Shown piece by piece: positions 30,253-40,978 of a stretch of 64,000 nt of DNA. Position 1 is the stretch's first letter, and every line of letters begins with the position of its first letter. The DNA is from a virus. The stretch is taken from positions 3,520 through 67,519 of IMG/VR virus record IMGVR_UViG_3300026097_000020; one strand, 5' to 3'. The notes beneath the pieces are model-generated. The model was not told the origin of the DNA. It made no database searches and saw only the letters and a program-made list of their open reading frames with translations. The position numbers and the translations under genes are program-made.

Positions 30253-31097
30253 ATACAGACTATATAATTTTCTGCCCCTACCACGGCAATCACAGAACCC
30301 CCGCCGGTGAAATAGATAAGTATAGTGGTTTCTTTTATTGCTTTTCCTGTCATGAGGTTGCAGACCCCTATGAGTTTATTATGCATGTCTCTAATCGTAG
30401 CTATTTTGAGGCAGCCAGGTACATCAAAAGCAAAGAACAAGAGGGAAGCATCGCTCAGGAAGTTGCCAACAAGTTAACGGAAAAGCCCGACTATGTACCC
30501 TTTGATGAATTGCTTATTCAGAGACTTAACAGGCAAGCTACAGACTCGGCAAAGGCTATGACGTACTACAACGGTCGTCGGATTACAGAGTCCTCGATTA
30601 AAAAGTTTGGCCTAGGATACTCTACTAACAGAGATATGGTTACTATACCTGTGCATTCTCCAGATGGTGTAGCCGTAGGTTTTGTGGGGCGATCCATTGA
30701 GGGCAAAGAGTTTAAGAACACACCAAAGCTACCCAAAAGTAAAGTGCTTTTTAACTTGCACAGGGTAAAAAATTCTAGTAAGGTATATGTAGTAGAGTCT
30801 TCTTTTGACGCTATTCGCCTAGATCAAGTTGGATTTCCAGCGGTAGCAACATTGGGAGCTAATGTGTCAAACATCCAAATAGAACTTCTTCGTAAATACT
30901 TTAATAACATTTATGTTATTGCAGACAATGACGAAGCAGGCGGGAACATGAAAGAGAGAGTGGTCGAAAGACTAGGGTCTCGTGTTTCCGTAATAACACT
31001 AGATAAAAAATATAAAGATATTGGCGAAATGGAGGACGAAGCTATTACATCGTTAGAGTTTAGCTTTGACAAATCCATTGCAGCTATGCTAAGCTAA
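30153..31097 (+). CDS. dnaG: DNA primase (CHC2 zinc finger + Toprim)
   Basis: CPYH...CFSC zinc finger, GFVGR, VVESSFDA, DNDEAG. Confidence 0.9.
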   Translation: MDNRNIQKSRAVLSPEQTKRMLIGVGVDIEGEVDTDYIIFCPYHGNHRTPAGEIDKYSGFFYCFSCHEVADPYEFIMHVSNRSYFEAARYIKSKEQEGSIAQEVANKLTEKPDYVPFDELLIQRLNRQATDSAKAMTYYNGRRITESSIKKFGLGYSTNRDMVTIPVHSPDGVAVGFVGRSIEGKEFKNTPKLPKSKVLFNLHRVKNSSKVYVVESSFDAIRLDQVGFPAVATLGANVSNIQIELLRKYFNNIYVIADNDEAGGNMKERVVERLGSRVSVITLDKKYKDIGEMEDEAITSLEFSFDKSIAAMLS

Positions 31098-31126
31098 TAC
31101 ACACAATAAATAATAAGGAGAAAAAT

Positions 31127-31786
31127 ATGAGCGTAACAAAGGGACTCGCAAACATTAATGCCCTGCTCGACAAACCAAAATACGATGAAAACAAGCCAAA
31201 GGTACGCTGGCTAAAGCTTGCCGATGGACAGTCAGTCAGAATTCGATTTATCGAAGAGCTCGATGAAGATTCTGCAAACTACTCAGAAGATCGTGGTTTA
31301 GCTCTAGTCGTAAAAGAGCACACTAACCCTAAAGACTTTCGTCGCAGGGCAGTTGACACTATGGAGACTGAGGGTCGAGACTGGGCAGAGGAAATGCACC
31401 GCAAGGATCCCAAGGCTGGATGGCGTGGACGTCTTCGCTTCTACTGCAATGTTTTAGTAGACGATGGACTAGAAGACCCCTATGTCGCTATTTGGTCTAT
31501 GGGCGTAAGCAAGATGTCTGTATTCAACACAATTCGTGAATACGCCATTGAGACTGGAAGCATTTCCAACATGGAATGGAAGCTAAAGAGAACTGGTCAG
31601 GGTACTGAGACCAGCTACACTTTGATTCCCTCGGCTCCAGATACGGAGCCTTACGACTGGAAGTCTGTTGAGCCATTCCCAATTGAAATGGCACTCAACA
31701 AGATTCCTTATGCAGAGCAGGAGGCCTTTTACCTAGGCTTTGACCAACCTGCCGCAGCCACCACTACCTCTAACCTCGACTGGTAA
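31127..31786 (+). CDS. single-stranded DNA-binding protein (gp32-like)
   Basis: WLKLADGQSVRIRF, FYCNV, KRTGQGTETSY; between primase and polymerase; TTGACA promoter at 31066-31095. Confidence 0.7.
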   Translation: MSVTKGLANINALLDKPKYDENKPKVRWLKLADGQSVRIRFIEELDEDSANYSEDRGLALVVKEHTNPKDFRRRAVDTMETEGRDWAEEMHRKDPKAGWRGRLRFYCNVLVDDGLEDPYVAIWSMGVSKMSVFNTIREYAIETGSISNMEWKLKRTGQGTETSYTLIPSAPDTEPYDWKSVEPFPIEMALNKIPYAEQEAFYLGFDQPAAATTTSNLDW

Positions 31787-31794
31787 GCGGTAGT

Positions 31795-34700
31795 ATGTCA
31801 TACGTTGGCTTGCATGTTCACACTCACTACTCACTCTTTGACGGTGTCGCTACCCCACAAGAGTATGTAGATCGAGCAGCTGAACTGGGAATGACCGCTC
31901 TAGCGATTACAGACCACGGTTCTCTTTCTGGACACAGAGAGATGCATAGGGCTGCCGTAGAGAAAGGCATCAAGCCAATACTTGGTGTGGAGGGCTATAT
32001 AACCGAAGATCGGTTCGATCAAAGAGATCGGGATAGTAGAGAGGGTCCTCTGGACCTAGTCTATAACCATATAGTCCTCCTAGCCAAGAACCAGAAGGGT
32101 CTAGAAAATCTAAACAAGCTTAACGAAATTGCTTGGACAGAAGGTTTTTACAAGAAGCCTCGTATCGACTATGAGGTTCTTGAAAAATACAAAGAGGGCA
32201 TTATTGTTACATCTGGCTGTCTAAGCGGAACAATTGCTAAGGCAATTGAAGCGGGAGAGTTGGGCGAGGCCAAGCGACAGATTGAATGGCACAAGAATGT
32301 TTTTGGAGAAGACTATTACATTGAAGTAATGCCACACAATCCAGCAGAGATGAATCTGCAGCTACTGGAATTAGCTGATGAATTTGGAGTTAAGCCTGTC
32401 GTAACTCCAGATTGTCACCATGCTGACGTAGGTCAAAAAGACATTCAAGAACTTAAGCTAATTCTTAATACTTATAGCAATAAGATTCAAAAAGATGCAA
32501 CCTTTGAAAAGTCTAAAAAGTTTGACAACCTTAAAGACAGGCTAAACTATCTTTATGGCGAGAGACAGATTAGCTTTGACAATTTCGATATTCACCTACT
32601 TTCTGATGAAGAGATGCGTACTCAGATGAGCTCTCAGGGTATCGATAGAGAAGACATTTACTCTAACTCGCTTGAGATTGCAGATAAAGTTAAAAAGTAT
32701 AGAATTCAGGATCATCTAGACTTGCTACCCGCTCAGTATCAAAATCCGAATGAAGAGTTAACCAATCTAGCCATAGAAGGGCTAAAACAGCGTGGTGTGT
32801 ACGACAGCGAAGAATATATTCAAAGGCTTGAAGAAGAGCTAGAGATTATTAAGTCTAAGAATTTTGGGCCATACTTCTTGGTTGTACGCAATATGATTAA
32901 CTGGGCTAAGAAGCAGGGGATTGTCGTTGGACCAGGTCGAGGCTCTTCTGCTGGCTCTCTTCTGTGCTATTCTCTTGGCATTACAGACATTGATCCCATT
33001 GAACACGGTCTGTTGTTTTTCAGGTTTATTAACCCTGATCGTAATGATTTTCCAGATATTGATACCGATATTCAAGACACTCGTCGTGAAGAAGTAAAAG
33101 ATTATTTGGTTAAACAATATCGACATGTGGCTTCTATCGCAACCTTCTTACAGTTTAAAGATAAGGGTGTTGTTAGAGACATCGCCAGGGTATTACACAT
33201 ACCGCTGACTGATGTAAACAAAGTTCTCAAAATGGTTGACACTTGGGATGAATATTGCACTTCTCGTCAAACATCTTGGTTTCGTGAGAAGTACCCAGAG
33301 GTTCTAGAGTATGGCGAGCAGCTTCGTGGAAGAATCAGAGGAACTGGTATTCACGCTGCTGGAGTTGTTACAAGTAAAGAGCCTATCTTCAGGCACGCAC
33401 CAATGGAAACTAGAAACTCTCCGGGATCCGGTGACAGAATTCCAGTCGTTGCAGTAGACATGGAAGAAGCAGAGCGGATTGGTCTTATTAAGATTGACGC
33501 TTTGGGCCTTAAAACTTTAAGCGTTCTGAAAGACGTGCTCGATATCGTAGAAGAAAGACACAAGAGATCAATCAACCTTTTAGATATTGATATGAATGAC
33601 TCCAAAGTATACGAAATGCTTTCTAGTGGTTATACCAAGGGTGTGTTCCAGTGTGAAGCAACACCGTATACCAATCTTTTGATTAAGATGGGGGTAAAGA
33701 ACTTTGCAGAGTTGGCTGCCTCTAATGCCTTGGTTAGGCCAGGTGCAATGAATACAATTGGGAAAGATTATATTGAGAGAAAGCATAGTCGTCAAAAAAT
33801 TACGTATCACCACGAAGTAATGAAAGAGTTTACTTCTGAAACATTTGGATGCATCCTGTATCAGGAACAGGTTATGCAATCCTGTGTGAACCTGGGCGGC
33901 ATGACAATGGTAGAGGCAGATAAGGTACGTAAGATTATTGGTAAGAAGAAGGACGCTAAAGAGTTTGATGTCTTTAAGGAAAAGTTCGTAGAGGGTGCTT
34001 CAAGATACATGACTCCCAATGCAGCCAAAGAGCTCTGGCATGACTTCGAGGCTCACGCGGGGTACTCGTTTAACAAGTCTCACGCTGTAGCATATTCTAC
34101 ATTGTCATACTGGACGGCTTGGTTGAAGTATTACTATCCTATCGAGTTTATGTTTGCATTGCTTAAGAATGAAAAAGATAAGGACACTCGTACCGATTAT
34201 CTCATCGAGGCTAAGCGTATGAACATTCCTATTAGACTACCTCACGTTAACGATTCAGATATGGACTTTAAAATTGAAGGCAAAGGCATTAGGTTTGGAT
34301 TATCTGGAATAAAATTCATTTCAGACAACATTGCTTCCAAGTATATTGAGGCTAGACCTTTTAGCTCTTATGCAGAGCTGGAAGAGTTTACCTCTAGAAA
34401 GGGCACAGGAGTCAACACACGCTCGCTACAGGCTCTTAGAACCGTAGGTGCCGCAACATTTCCCGACAATCCTCGTAATGATGAGGAGATTAGGCAAAAC
34501 CTTTATGAGTATTTAAACTTGCCAGAGTTTAATATTACTGTTCCTTCACACTACTATGCCTTCATTTCCGAGGTAGATGAGTTTGAAGAAAAGGGATCAT
34601 TTGTCTTAATGGGTATGGTAAAGGCTATCAAGAGAGGAAAGGGGTGGTCTCGAATTGAAATTTTGGACAAGACAGGTTCGGTTGGCATCTTTGATGAAGA

Positions 34701-35067
34701 GCAAACAAGCATTGAGAGCGGCAAGACCTATATACTTCTGGCTAGTGATAACAGGATTGTTGCTGCTATTCCTGCTGACGAGGCAAGAAATTCAGATAAC
34801 GCACTAATCAAATTCTTAAACTATAAACAATTGCCATTTGCAGATGAGGAGATGTTTGTTGTTTCTTTCAAGCCAAGAATTACCAAGTCTGGAAAAAAGA
34901 TGGCGACTCTCACATTGGCAGATGCCTCTAGAGATCTTCATCCCGTTGTGGTATTTCCAACAGCGTTTGCCTCAGCTTACATGAAGATTAAAGAAGGCAA
35001 TGCATACAAACTAAAACTAGGAAAAACAAAAGATGGGACAGTGATACTAGATGACATATTATCTTGA
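31795..35067 (+). CDS. dnaE: DNA polymerase III alpha subunit
   Basis: PHP domain HVHTHYS, TDHG; GRGSSAGSL; PDIDTD catalytic motif; FNKSHAVAY; no intein. Confidence 0.97.
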   Translation: MSYVGLHVHTHYSLFDGVATPQEYVDRAAELGMTALAITDHGSLSGHREMHRAAVEKGIKPILGVEGYITEDRFDQRDRDSREGPLDLVYNHIVLLAKNQKGLENLNKLNEIAWTEGFYKKPRIDYEVLEKYKEGIIVTSGCLSGTIAKAIEAGELGEAKRQIEWHKNVFGEDYYIEVMPHNPAEMNLQLLELADEFGVKPVVTPDCHHADVGQKDIQELKLILNTYSNKIQKDATFEKSKKFDNLKDRLNYLYGERQISFDNFDIHLLSDEEMRTQMSSQGIDREDIYSNSLEIADKVKKYRIQDHLDLLPAQYQNPNEELTNLAIEGLKQRGVYDSEEYIQRLEEELEIIKSKNFGPYFLVVRNMINWAKKQGIVVGPGRGSSAGSLLCYSLGITDIDPIEHGLLFFRFINPDRNDFPDIDTDIQDTRREEVKDYLVKQYRHVASIATFLQFKDKGVVRDIARVLHIPLTDVNKVLKMVDTWDEYCTSRQTSWFREKYPEVLEYGEQLRGRIRGTGIHAAGVVTSKEPIFRHAPMETRNSPGSGDRIPVVAVDMEEAERIGLIKIDALGLKTLSVLKDVLDIVEERHKRSINLLDIDMNDSKVYEMLSSGYTKGVFQCEATPYTNLLIKMGVKNFAELAASNALVRPGAMNTIGKDYIERKHSRQKITYHHEVMKEFTSETFGCILYQEQVMQSCVNLGGMTMVEADKVRKIIGKKKDAKEFDVFKEKFVEGASRYMTPNAAKELWHDFEAHAGYSFNKSHAVAYSTLSYWTAWLKYYYPIEFMFALLKNEKDKDTRTDYLIEAKRMNIPIRLPHVNDSDMDFKIEGKGIRFGLSGIKFISDNIASKYIEARPFSSYAELEEFTSRKGTGVNTRSLQALRTVGAATFPDNPRNDEEIRQNLYEYLNLPEFNITVPSHYYAFISEVDEFEEKGSFVLMGMVKAIKRGKGWSRIEILDKTGSVGIFDEEQTSIESGKTYILLASDNRIVAAIPADEARNSDNALIKFLNYKQLPFADEEMFVVSFKPRITKSGKKMATLTLADASRDLHPVVVFPTAFASAYMKIKEGNAYKLKLGKTKDGTVILDDILS

Positions 35068-35377
35068 CAACCTTGCCAAAGACCTGCATGAGGTTGCAGT
35101 AGCTAAAGGCTTTTGGCCAGAAGAGGTGGATGATATTTTTGTTACTAAGCAGCTCATGATGATTGTGTCAGAAGCTGTGGAAGTAATGGAGGCTATTCGT
35201 AAGGACAAGGGGTCGGCAGAAGTAGTCGATGAAATGGCAGACATCCTCATTCGCACACTTGACTTATACGAAGGCTTAGTGGAGAATGGTTATACAGATA
35301 TTTCACTAGATGATGCACTCTACAACAAAGTGGAGTTTAACAAGGAGAGACCAGAAAGGCACGGTGTACGGTTTTGA
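35051..35377 (+). CDS. MazG-like nucleotide pyrophosphohydrolase
   Basis: SEAVEVMEA...DEMADILIR all-alpha NTP-PPase motif. Confidence 0.8.
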   Translation: MTYYLDNLAKDLHEVAVAKGFWPEEVDDIFVTKQLMMIVSEAVEVMEAIRKDKGSAEVVDEMADILIRTLDLYEGLVENGYTDISLDDALYNKVEFNKERPERHGVRF

Positions 35378-36384
35378 CAGTAACATTAGAAGAGGCTATG
35401 TCTCAGCTAGATCCAAAAATTAGGAAGAGCTTGGCCAATGGTGTCGGGGTGACCATTGAAAAACAGCCCACACCAAGTTTCGGATTAAACAGAGCTCTCG
35501 ATGGAGGCCTTCCTTATGGTAGGCAGGTTTTGGTCTGGGGCAGCAAATCAAGTGCTAAGTCTTCTCTATGTCTTCAAACAATTGGCATGGCACAGAAAGA
35601 CGGAAAGTTGTGTGCTTGGATCGATGCAGAGATGTCTTATTCAGAAGAGTGGGCTGTTGGGTTGGGGGTAGATCCAGAACAGCTAATCTACTCTCAGGCT
35701 CGTACAATTAACGAAATGGTAGATGTTACCGTCGCCTTGATGGAGGCTGGGGTAGACCTAATTGTAGTAGATAGTATTACATCGCTTTTACCCGCAATCT
35801 ACTTTGACAAGGGCACAGAAGACCTTAAGCAACTAGAAAATACCAAGCAAATTGGTGCTGAGTCTAGAGACTTTAGTAATGCCTGGAAGATGATTAACTA
35901 TGCTAATAACAAAGTCAAGCCTACTTTGCTTTTGCTTATTTCTCAGTCAAGAAATAATATTAATGCGATGTATACAAGCCAGCAACCATCTGGAGGTCAA
36001 TCAACCAAGTTTTATTCTTCAACCATTATCAAGCTGTTTTCTTCAGAGTCTGACAACCAGGCTATTAAAGGAAAGATTGCCGTAGGCGATAAGTTAATCG
36101 AAGAAAAGATTGGTCGCAAAATTAACTGGCAGCTACAGTTTTCCAAAACATCTCCAGGATTTCAAGCCGGAGAGTATGACTTCTATTTCCGTGGCGACCA
36201 GGTAGGTCTAGATGAAATTGCAGATCTGGTTGACACAGCAGAGCTTGCTGGAATTGTTTCTCGCACTGGAGCCTGGTATTTACTGCCAGATGGCAACAAG
36301 GTGCAGGGCAGAGAGGGATTCATCAGCAAGGTTCGTGAAGATGTAGAAATGGAAAACATGTTAAGGGAGCAGCTAAATGGCTGA
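35374..36384 (+). CDS. recA: RecA/UvsX-like recombinase
   Basis: GGLPYGR, divergent P-loop GSKSSAKS, WIDAE, IVVDSI, GAWY. Confidence 0.88.
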   Translation: MTVTLEEAMSQLDPKIRKSLANGVGVTIEKQPTPSFGLNRALDGGLPYGRQVLVWGSKSSAKSSLCLQTIGMAQKDGKLCAWIDAEMSYSEEWAVGLGVDPEQLIYSQARTINEMVDVTVALMEAGVDLIVVDSITSLLPAIYFDKGTEDLKQLENTKQIGAESRDFSNAWKMINYANNKVKPTLLLLISQSRNNINAMYTSQQPSGGQSTKFYSSTIIKLFSSESDNQAIKGKIAVGDKLIEEKIGRKINWQLQFSKTSPGFQAGEYDFYFRGDQVGLDEIADLVDTAELAGIVSRTGAWYLLPDGNKVQGREGFISKVREDVEMENMLREQLNG

Positions 36385-36562
36385 TCGCTACAACGTATAT
36401 AAAGGCAAGTTCGTATGTCATACATGCAAAAAAGATGTTCCAAATATGAGATATTATTTTGCATCTAAAGAGATGACCTGGGTCTGTGCTGATAATCACA
36501 TGACTAAGGTTAGCTTAGAGACTAGAAAGAAAAAGAAAAGAGACTATGACAGAGAAATCTGA
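36377..36562 (+). CDS. small zinc-finger protein
   Basis: CHTC...C..NH motif. Confidence 0.6.
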   Translation: MADRYNVYKGKFVCHTCKKDVPNMRYYFASKEMTWVCADNHMTKVSLETRKKKKRDYDREI

Positions 36563-36836
36563 GGGTAAAAGAATTGGTGCAAAGCTACACAAAAACAGTG
36601 GCCGTAACACCAAAAAGGGAGATGCCTCCTGGCATGATTTCGTAATCGATTTTAAAGAAGTTGGCAAAAGCTTTACCCTAAATAAAGAAGTATGGGCAAA
36701 GGCAGTGACCGATGCCTTGAAGTCTAATGCAGATCCTGCTATAGTTGTAGTTATAGGAGAAACACAAAAAACAAGACTAGCTGTCATTGAGTTGTCGCTG
36801 CTAGAACAAATGTTAGAAGAGAGAGATAACAAATGA
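36546..36836 (+). CDS. PD-(D/E)XK nuclease, Holliday junction resolvase-like
   Basis: SE...SG...KGD...IDFK..KSF pattern of archaeal/phage-type resolvases. Confidence 0.7.
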   Translation: MTEKSEGKRIGAKLHKNSGRNTKKGDASWHDFVIDFKEVGKSFTLNKEVWAKAVTDALKSNADPAIVVVIGETQKTRLAVIELSLLEQMLEERDNK

Positions 36837-37441
36837 AAATCCTAATGTTGGATATTGAAACAACCCCAATGCAGGTATATACATGGGGACTTTGGGACCA
36901 GAATATTGGTATCAATCAAATAATTAAGCCTACAGAGATGATGTGCTTTGGTGCAAAGTGGCAGGGTAAGAAAAAGGTTACCTTCAAGTCCGTCCACCAT
37001 GATGGCAAGAAAGCTATGCTGGAAGAGCTACATGCCATGATGGAAGAAGCAGATGCACTTGTTGGCTGGAACTCAGCAGCATTTGACCACAAGCATATCA
37101 AAAGGGAGTTTCTTGAAAACGGAATGACCCCACCATCTGTAGTAAAAGACCTTGACCTAATGAGTGTTGTAAAGGCTAACTTTAAGTTTCCCTCTAACAA
37201 GCTTGACTATGTCGCTCAGGCTTTGGGGGTAGGGGCCAAGGTAAAGCATTCAGGATTCGATCTTTGGATTGATTGTATGGCAGGAAACGATAAGGCCTGG
37301 AAAGAGATGAAGCGGTATCAGATTCAGGATGTCGTATTGCTTGAAGAATTGTATCAAGTTCTCCTTCCCTGGCTTCCGGGGGCTAGTAGTGTAACTGTTA
37401 AAGAGAAGCGAGAAATCGCTGGACCTGAGAAAGTGCTATAA
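36833..37441 (+). CDS. RNase H-like (DEDD) 3'-5' exonuclease
   Basis: LDIET, WNSAAFD, DL, YQIQDV motifs. Confidence 0.85.
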   Translation: MKILMLDIETTPMQVYTWGLWDQNIGINQIIKPTEMMCFGAKWQGKKKVTFKSVHHDGKKAMLEELHAMMEEADALVGWNSAAFDHKHIKREFLENGMTPPSVVKDLDLMSVVKANFKFPSNKLDYVAQALGVGAKVKHSGFDLWIDCMAGNDKAWKEMKRYQIQDVVLLEELYQVLLPWLPGASSVTVKEKREIAGPEKVL

Positions 37442-37445
37442 TAGT

Positions 37446-37751
37446 ATGACAGAAAACAGAACAACCATTGATCTTGTTAATGGTCTAGCTGAGATAAATG
37501 AATATATGGAAGACGAAGAGCTTAATCATGCACTAGTAATGATATCTAAGCTAATCGTAAAGCCAGATATTCCTATTCAGGTAGCTACCATGGAAATAGT
37601 TAGACTGCAAGCAATTGCAGCAAAGCTTTCTCTAAGAGCAACCTGGATGGCAAATGTAGATAAAGGAGATAGGCCGAAAAAGAACTTATACTATACAGCA
37701 GCAGAGGCAGTAAACAATTTAGTCTCAGCTCTCAAGTATATTACTCGGTAA
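37446..37751 (+). CDS. hypothetical protein
   Basis: 101-aa helical ORF; TGCTATAAT at 37434-37442. Confidence 0.65.
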   Translation: MTENRTTIDLVNGLAEINEYMEDEELNHALVMISKLIVKPDIPIQVATMEIVRLQAIAAKLSLRATWMANVDKGDRPKKNLYYTAAEAVNNLVSALKYITR

Positions 37752-37757
37752 ATAAAT

Positions 37758-38546
37758 ATGTCAAAAAACTTATTGCAACAAGTTATGGGTAGCCAGTCTC
37801 CCAAGAATAACGGTCTTAGTGGCCTTGTGGAAAAGATTAACTCTGGATATATTGCCAAGCGTGGGCCACGGCATCAGCAAAAGAAAACCTTTGCCCCTTC
37901 TACAATTGCTTACGGTCACGGAGAATGTCCACGCTATTGGTACCTAGCTTTTGAGGGTGGTACCTTCGAAGACTATGCAGATCCATTTGCAGGTGCCAAC
38001 ATGACCAATGGCACAAAGTCTCACGAGCGTATTCAGCAAGCCATTGAAGATGCTGGAATTATGGTGAAGTCAGAGTTTAAGATTACTCACGAAGACCCTC
38101 CAATTTTTGGATACGGTGATTCAATTGTCGAGTGGGAGGGCGAAGAGCTCCTTATTGAGATTAAGACAGCTATGCAAGAAGGCTTTGAGTATAGAAAGAA
38201 AAGCAGAAAAGCAAAGCTAGGGCATTTGGTTCAGCTTCTTATCTATATGAAAATACTTAAAAAGCCTAGAGGTGTTATACTATATGAGAACAAGAATAAT
38301 CATGAACTCTTGGCGATACCTGTCGAGGTAAATGATTATTATATTAAGTGGGTAGATCAGACATTTGAATGGATGAGGACAGTTAGGAAAGCGTGGGAAG
38401 ACAAAACCATGCCAACCAAAAACTATCGATCTAATTCAAAGATTTGCAAGACATGTCCTCTTCGGGCAGTTTGCGATCAGGCTGGTGAGGGAGAAATTAA
38501 AATTAACTCGCTGGAGCCTATCGATGAAGCACTGTCAATGGTGTGA
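37758..38546 (+). CDS. Cas4-like PD-(D/E)XK exonuclease (solo)
   Basis: CPRYWY, GT..H, D...EIKT, Q...Y, and C-terminal CxxC-x5-C Fe-S ligands; no CRISPR array nearby. Confidence 0.8.
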   Translation: MSKNLLQQVMGSQSPKNNGLSGLVEKINSGYIAKRGPRHQQKKTFAPSTIAYGHGECPRYWYLAFEGGTFEDYADPFAGANMTNGTKSHERIQQAIEDAGIMVKSEFKITHEDPPIFGYGDSIVEWEGEELLIEIKTAMQEGFEYRKKSRKAKLGHLVQLLIYMKILKKPRGVILYENKNNHELLAIPVEVNDYYIKWVDQTFEWMRTVRKAWEDKTMPTKNYRSNSKICKTCPLRAVCDQAGEGEIKINSLEPIDEALSMV

Positions 38547-38823
38547 TGCCGCATTTCAATCTAAAGTATCTTATCAGATATATTGCACACCGCAATGTCG
38601 AGAAGAAGCGACAAAAGAAAAGATCGCTGACAGATACGCTATTACTCGTCGTCATAAAATGATGTCGCAAAACAGAAAGTGCAAGCAGTGCGGCAAGAAG
38701 TTATCTGCATACAATGATGATGTACTTTGTCACAGCTGCTTAATAAATCCCAAAGAAGTAAACAGAACATTAAAAGAAATTAAGGGGATGGCTGATGGTA
38801 AAGATCAATCAGATCAATCCTAA
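38524..38823 (+). CDS. zinc-finger protein
   Basis: CQWC...YCTPQC...CKQC...CHSC; ATG at 38524. Confidence 0.65.
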   Translation: MKHCQWCDAAFQSKVSYQIYCTPQCREEATKEKIADRYAITRRHKMMSQNRKCKQCGKKLSAYNDDVLCHSCLINPKEVNRTLKEIKGMADGKDQSDQS

Positions 38824-39370
38824 ACCTGCAAGTATATGTGCAATTGATGCCAGCACAAACAGCCTGGCATTTGCATCATTCAATCGTAATGACCTAGAGG
38901 CTATGGGAAAAATTGAATTTAGAGGAGCCAGTACCTATGAAAAAGTCGCTGATGCAGCAGCTAAGACACAAGCTTTCTTCGACTCTTATGGAGTTCCAGA
39001 CGCGATTGTCATTGAACACACTGTTTTTATCAATAGTCCAAAAACTGCAGCAGATCTTGCCTTAGTGCAGGGAGCAATGCTGGGGGCTATGAGCGTAGCG
39101 GGGGTAAAGAAAATTAAATCTATCAACCCTATTGCTTGGCAAACCTTTATTGGCAATGGCAGGCTGAGCAAAGAAGAAAAGAAAATGATTAGAGATGAGA
39201 CTCCTGGCAAAAGTGATTCTTGGTACAAGGCTCAAGAAAGAGAATGGCGTAAGCAAAGGACTATACATTTTGTTGAGATACAATATGACAAGTTTATTTT
39301 AGACAATGATGTTGCTGATGCCATTGGAATTGGGCACTATGCTTTGCATAATTGGGACAAGCTAAATTGA
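38795..39370 (+). CDS. ruvC: RuvC-like Holliday junction resolvase
   Basis: AIDAS, VIE, DVADAIGIG catalytic motifs. Confidence 0.8.
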   Translation: MVKINQINPKPASICAIDASTNSLAFASFNRNDLEAMGKIEFRGASTYEKVADAAAKTQAFFDSYGVPDAIVIEHTVFINSPKTAADLALVQGAMLGAMSVAGVKKIKSINPIAWQTFIGNGRLSKEEKKMIRDETPGKSDSWYKAQEREWRKQRTIHFVEIQYDKFILDNDVADAIGIGHYALHNWDKLN

Positions 39371-39379
39371 CAGGAGGTC

Positions 39380-39538
39380 ATGGTGGCTGCTAAACTATAC
39401 TTAAATGAAAATTGGTTGCGTAAGAGGTATCAGCTCGAACGTAAAACTCCTCAAGAAATTGCAACAGAGTGTGGAGTAAGTTTAAAAACAATTTATATAT
39501 ATTTAGACAAATTTGGATTAAGGAAATCAAAGCGTTGA
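39380..39538 (+). CDS. small HTH DNA-binding protein (52 aa, below ORF-track cutoff)
   Basis: AGGAGG RBS; translates to MVAAKLYLNENWLRKRYQLERKTPQEIATECGVSLKTIYIYLDKFGLRKSKR. Confidence 0.75.
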   Translation: MVAAKLYLNENWLRKRYQLERKTPQEIATECGVSLKTIYIYLDKFGLRKSKR

Positions 39539-39714
39539 GAGTTATTAAACATTTTGCCAAGGTAGCAAAGATGCAATTCGTAAGGCTCACCTGCAAGCAC
39601 GAAGAGTCTCACGAAGCATCGTGCCCATTCACTGGCATGACATATATTAACTGCATTAAGTGTTGGAAGAGACTAGGGGTAGTACCAACTGATGAGCAAA
39701 CAAACAGAGAATAA
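39535..39714 (+). CDS. small Cys/His-rich hypothetical protein
   Basis: TTG start overlapping the upstream TGA; CKH...CP...CIKC. Confidence 0.5.
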   Translation: MRVIKHFAKVAKMQFVRLTCKHEESHEASCPFTGMTYINCIKCWKRLGVVPTDEQTNRE

Positions 39715-39964
39715 GATTACAGAAGTTATGCGAGGCATCGAGAAGATGCTGATCGACAAGAACAGGGCATACGGAGACTCGGCCCTCGAGCCCGTAAGGA
39801 TTTTTTCTAAAACAGAAACAATCGAGCAGCTATATGTCCGCATTGATGACAAACTTTCCAGGGTACAAAGAGGTCACGAGTATCCAGGAGACGACACAAT
39901 CTTTGACCTCGTAGGGTATTTAGTATTGCTTTTAATCGCTAAGGAGAGAGATGAAAGAGTATAG
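39692..39964 (+). CDS. DUF1599-like nucleotide-modification-associated (NTP-PPase-like) protein
   Basis: KNRAYGDS...RIDDKLSR...DTIFDLVGY motif. Confidence 0.75.
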   Translation: MSKQTENKITEVMRGIEKMLIDKNRAYGDSALEPVRIFSKTETIEQLYVRIDDKLSRVQRGHEYPGDDTIFDLVGYLVLLLIAKERDERV

Positions 39965-40976
39965 TAACAAGGAGCAATTGTCCTTTGATGATATTTTGCT
40001 GGTGCCTCAACACTCAGATGTTGGAAGCAGAAAGAACGTTTCTCTTTCTGTTAATCTAAAAAACAATCTAGAATTTAAACTTCCAGTGATTGCTGCTCCT
40101 ATGGATACCGTTTGCGAGTGGCAAATGGTAGAGTCAATGGACAGGGCTGGCGGTATGGGAATTCTGCATAGATACATGACCATAGACGAGCAAGCCACAA
40201 TGGTAAGAATGTCTAGGGGGCAGCCAGGATCGATTAATATTGGGGGGTCTATCGGAGCTCGTAACTCCTTTCTGGAGGATGCGAAAAAGCTTTTGTCCGC
40301 TGGAGCAAACCTAATTTTAATAGATGTTGCTAATGGCCACAACGAAAATGCTATTGAAGCAGTAAGGTCTCTCCGCAAAGAGGTAGGCGAAGAGGTTCAC
40401 ATCATGGCGGGTAACGTCGCTACATGGGATGGCTTTGCCAGGCTTGGCGATGCTGGAGCAGACTCTATTCGAGTTGGTATTGGTGGGGGTTCTGCTTGCA
40501 CCACACGAGTTGTCAGTGCTCATGGTGTGCCTACCCTAGCTTCCATTTTAGATATTAGGGATAGGGTTTCTTATGAGGAGGGGCCAAGCCTGATTGCAGA
40601 CGGTGGAATTCGTAATTCTGGAGATGCCGCCAAAGCTTTGGCTGCTGGTGCCCACGCTGTGATGATCGGAAGAATGCTTGCTGGCACAGAAGAGTCTCCC
40701 GGAGAGGTTGTAGATGGGCACAAGATCTTCCGTGGAATGGCGTCTAGGGAGGCACAGGAGGCTGGTAGGGGGGCCGTATCTGGGGTAGAGGGTATCTCAA
40801 CTAGGGTTCCTTTTGTGGGTAGCGTAGTCGATATTCTTAATGATTTTAGCAACGGGCTAAGGAGTGCACTATCCTACACAGGGGTAGACAATCTTATTGA
40901 CTTCCACTACGAGAGCATGTATAATAGAGTATCAGGTAATTCACTACATGAAACTAAACCACATGCCAAGGAGTAA
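39951..40976 (+). CDS. IMP dehydrogenase / GMP reductase family protein (no CBS domain)
   Basis: [42 protein letters not shown]; flap lacks the RY dyad typical of IMPDH. Confidence 0.9.
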   Translation: MKEYSNKEQLSFDDILLVPQHSDVGSRKNVSLSVNLKNNLEFKLPVIAAPMDTVCEWQMVESMDRAGGMGILHRYMTIDEQATMVRMSRGQPGSINIGGSIGARNSFLEDAKKLLSAGANLILIDVANGHNENAIEAVRSLRKEVGEEVHIMAGNVATWDGFARLGDAGADSIRVGIGGGSACTTRVVSAHGVPTLASILDIRDRVSYEEGPSLIADGGIRNSGDAAKALAAGAHAVMIGRMLAGTEESPGEVVDGHKIFRGMASREAQEAGRGAVSGVEGISTRVPFVGSVVDILNDFSNGLRSALSYTGVDNLIDFHYESMYNRVSGNSLHETKPHAKE

Positions 40977-40978
40977 AA

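Noticed and set aside
37758-38546. Cas4-like gene as sign of a CRISPR system
   Set aside because: No repeat-spacer array or other cas genes seen; solo Cas4-like nucleases are common in phage recombination modules
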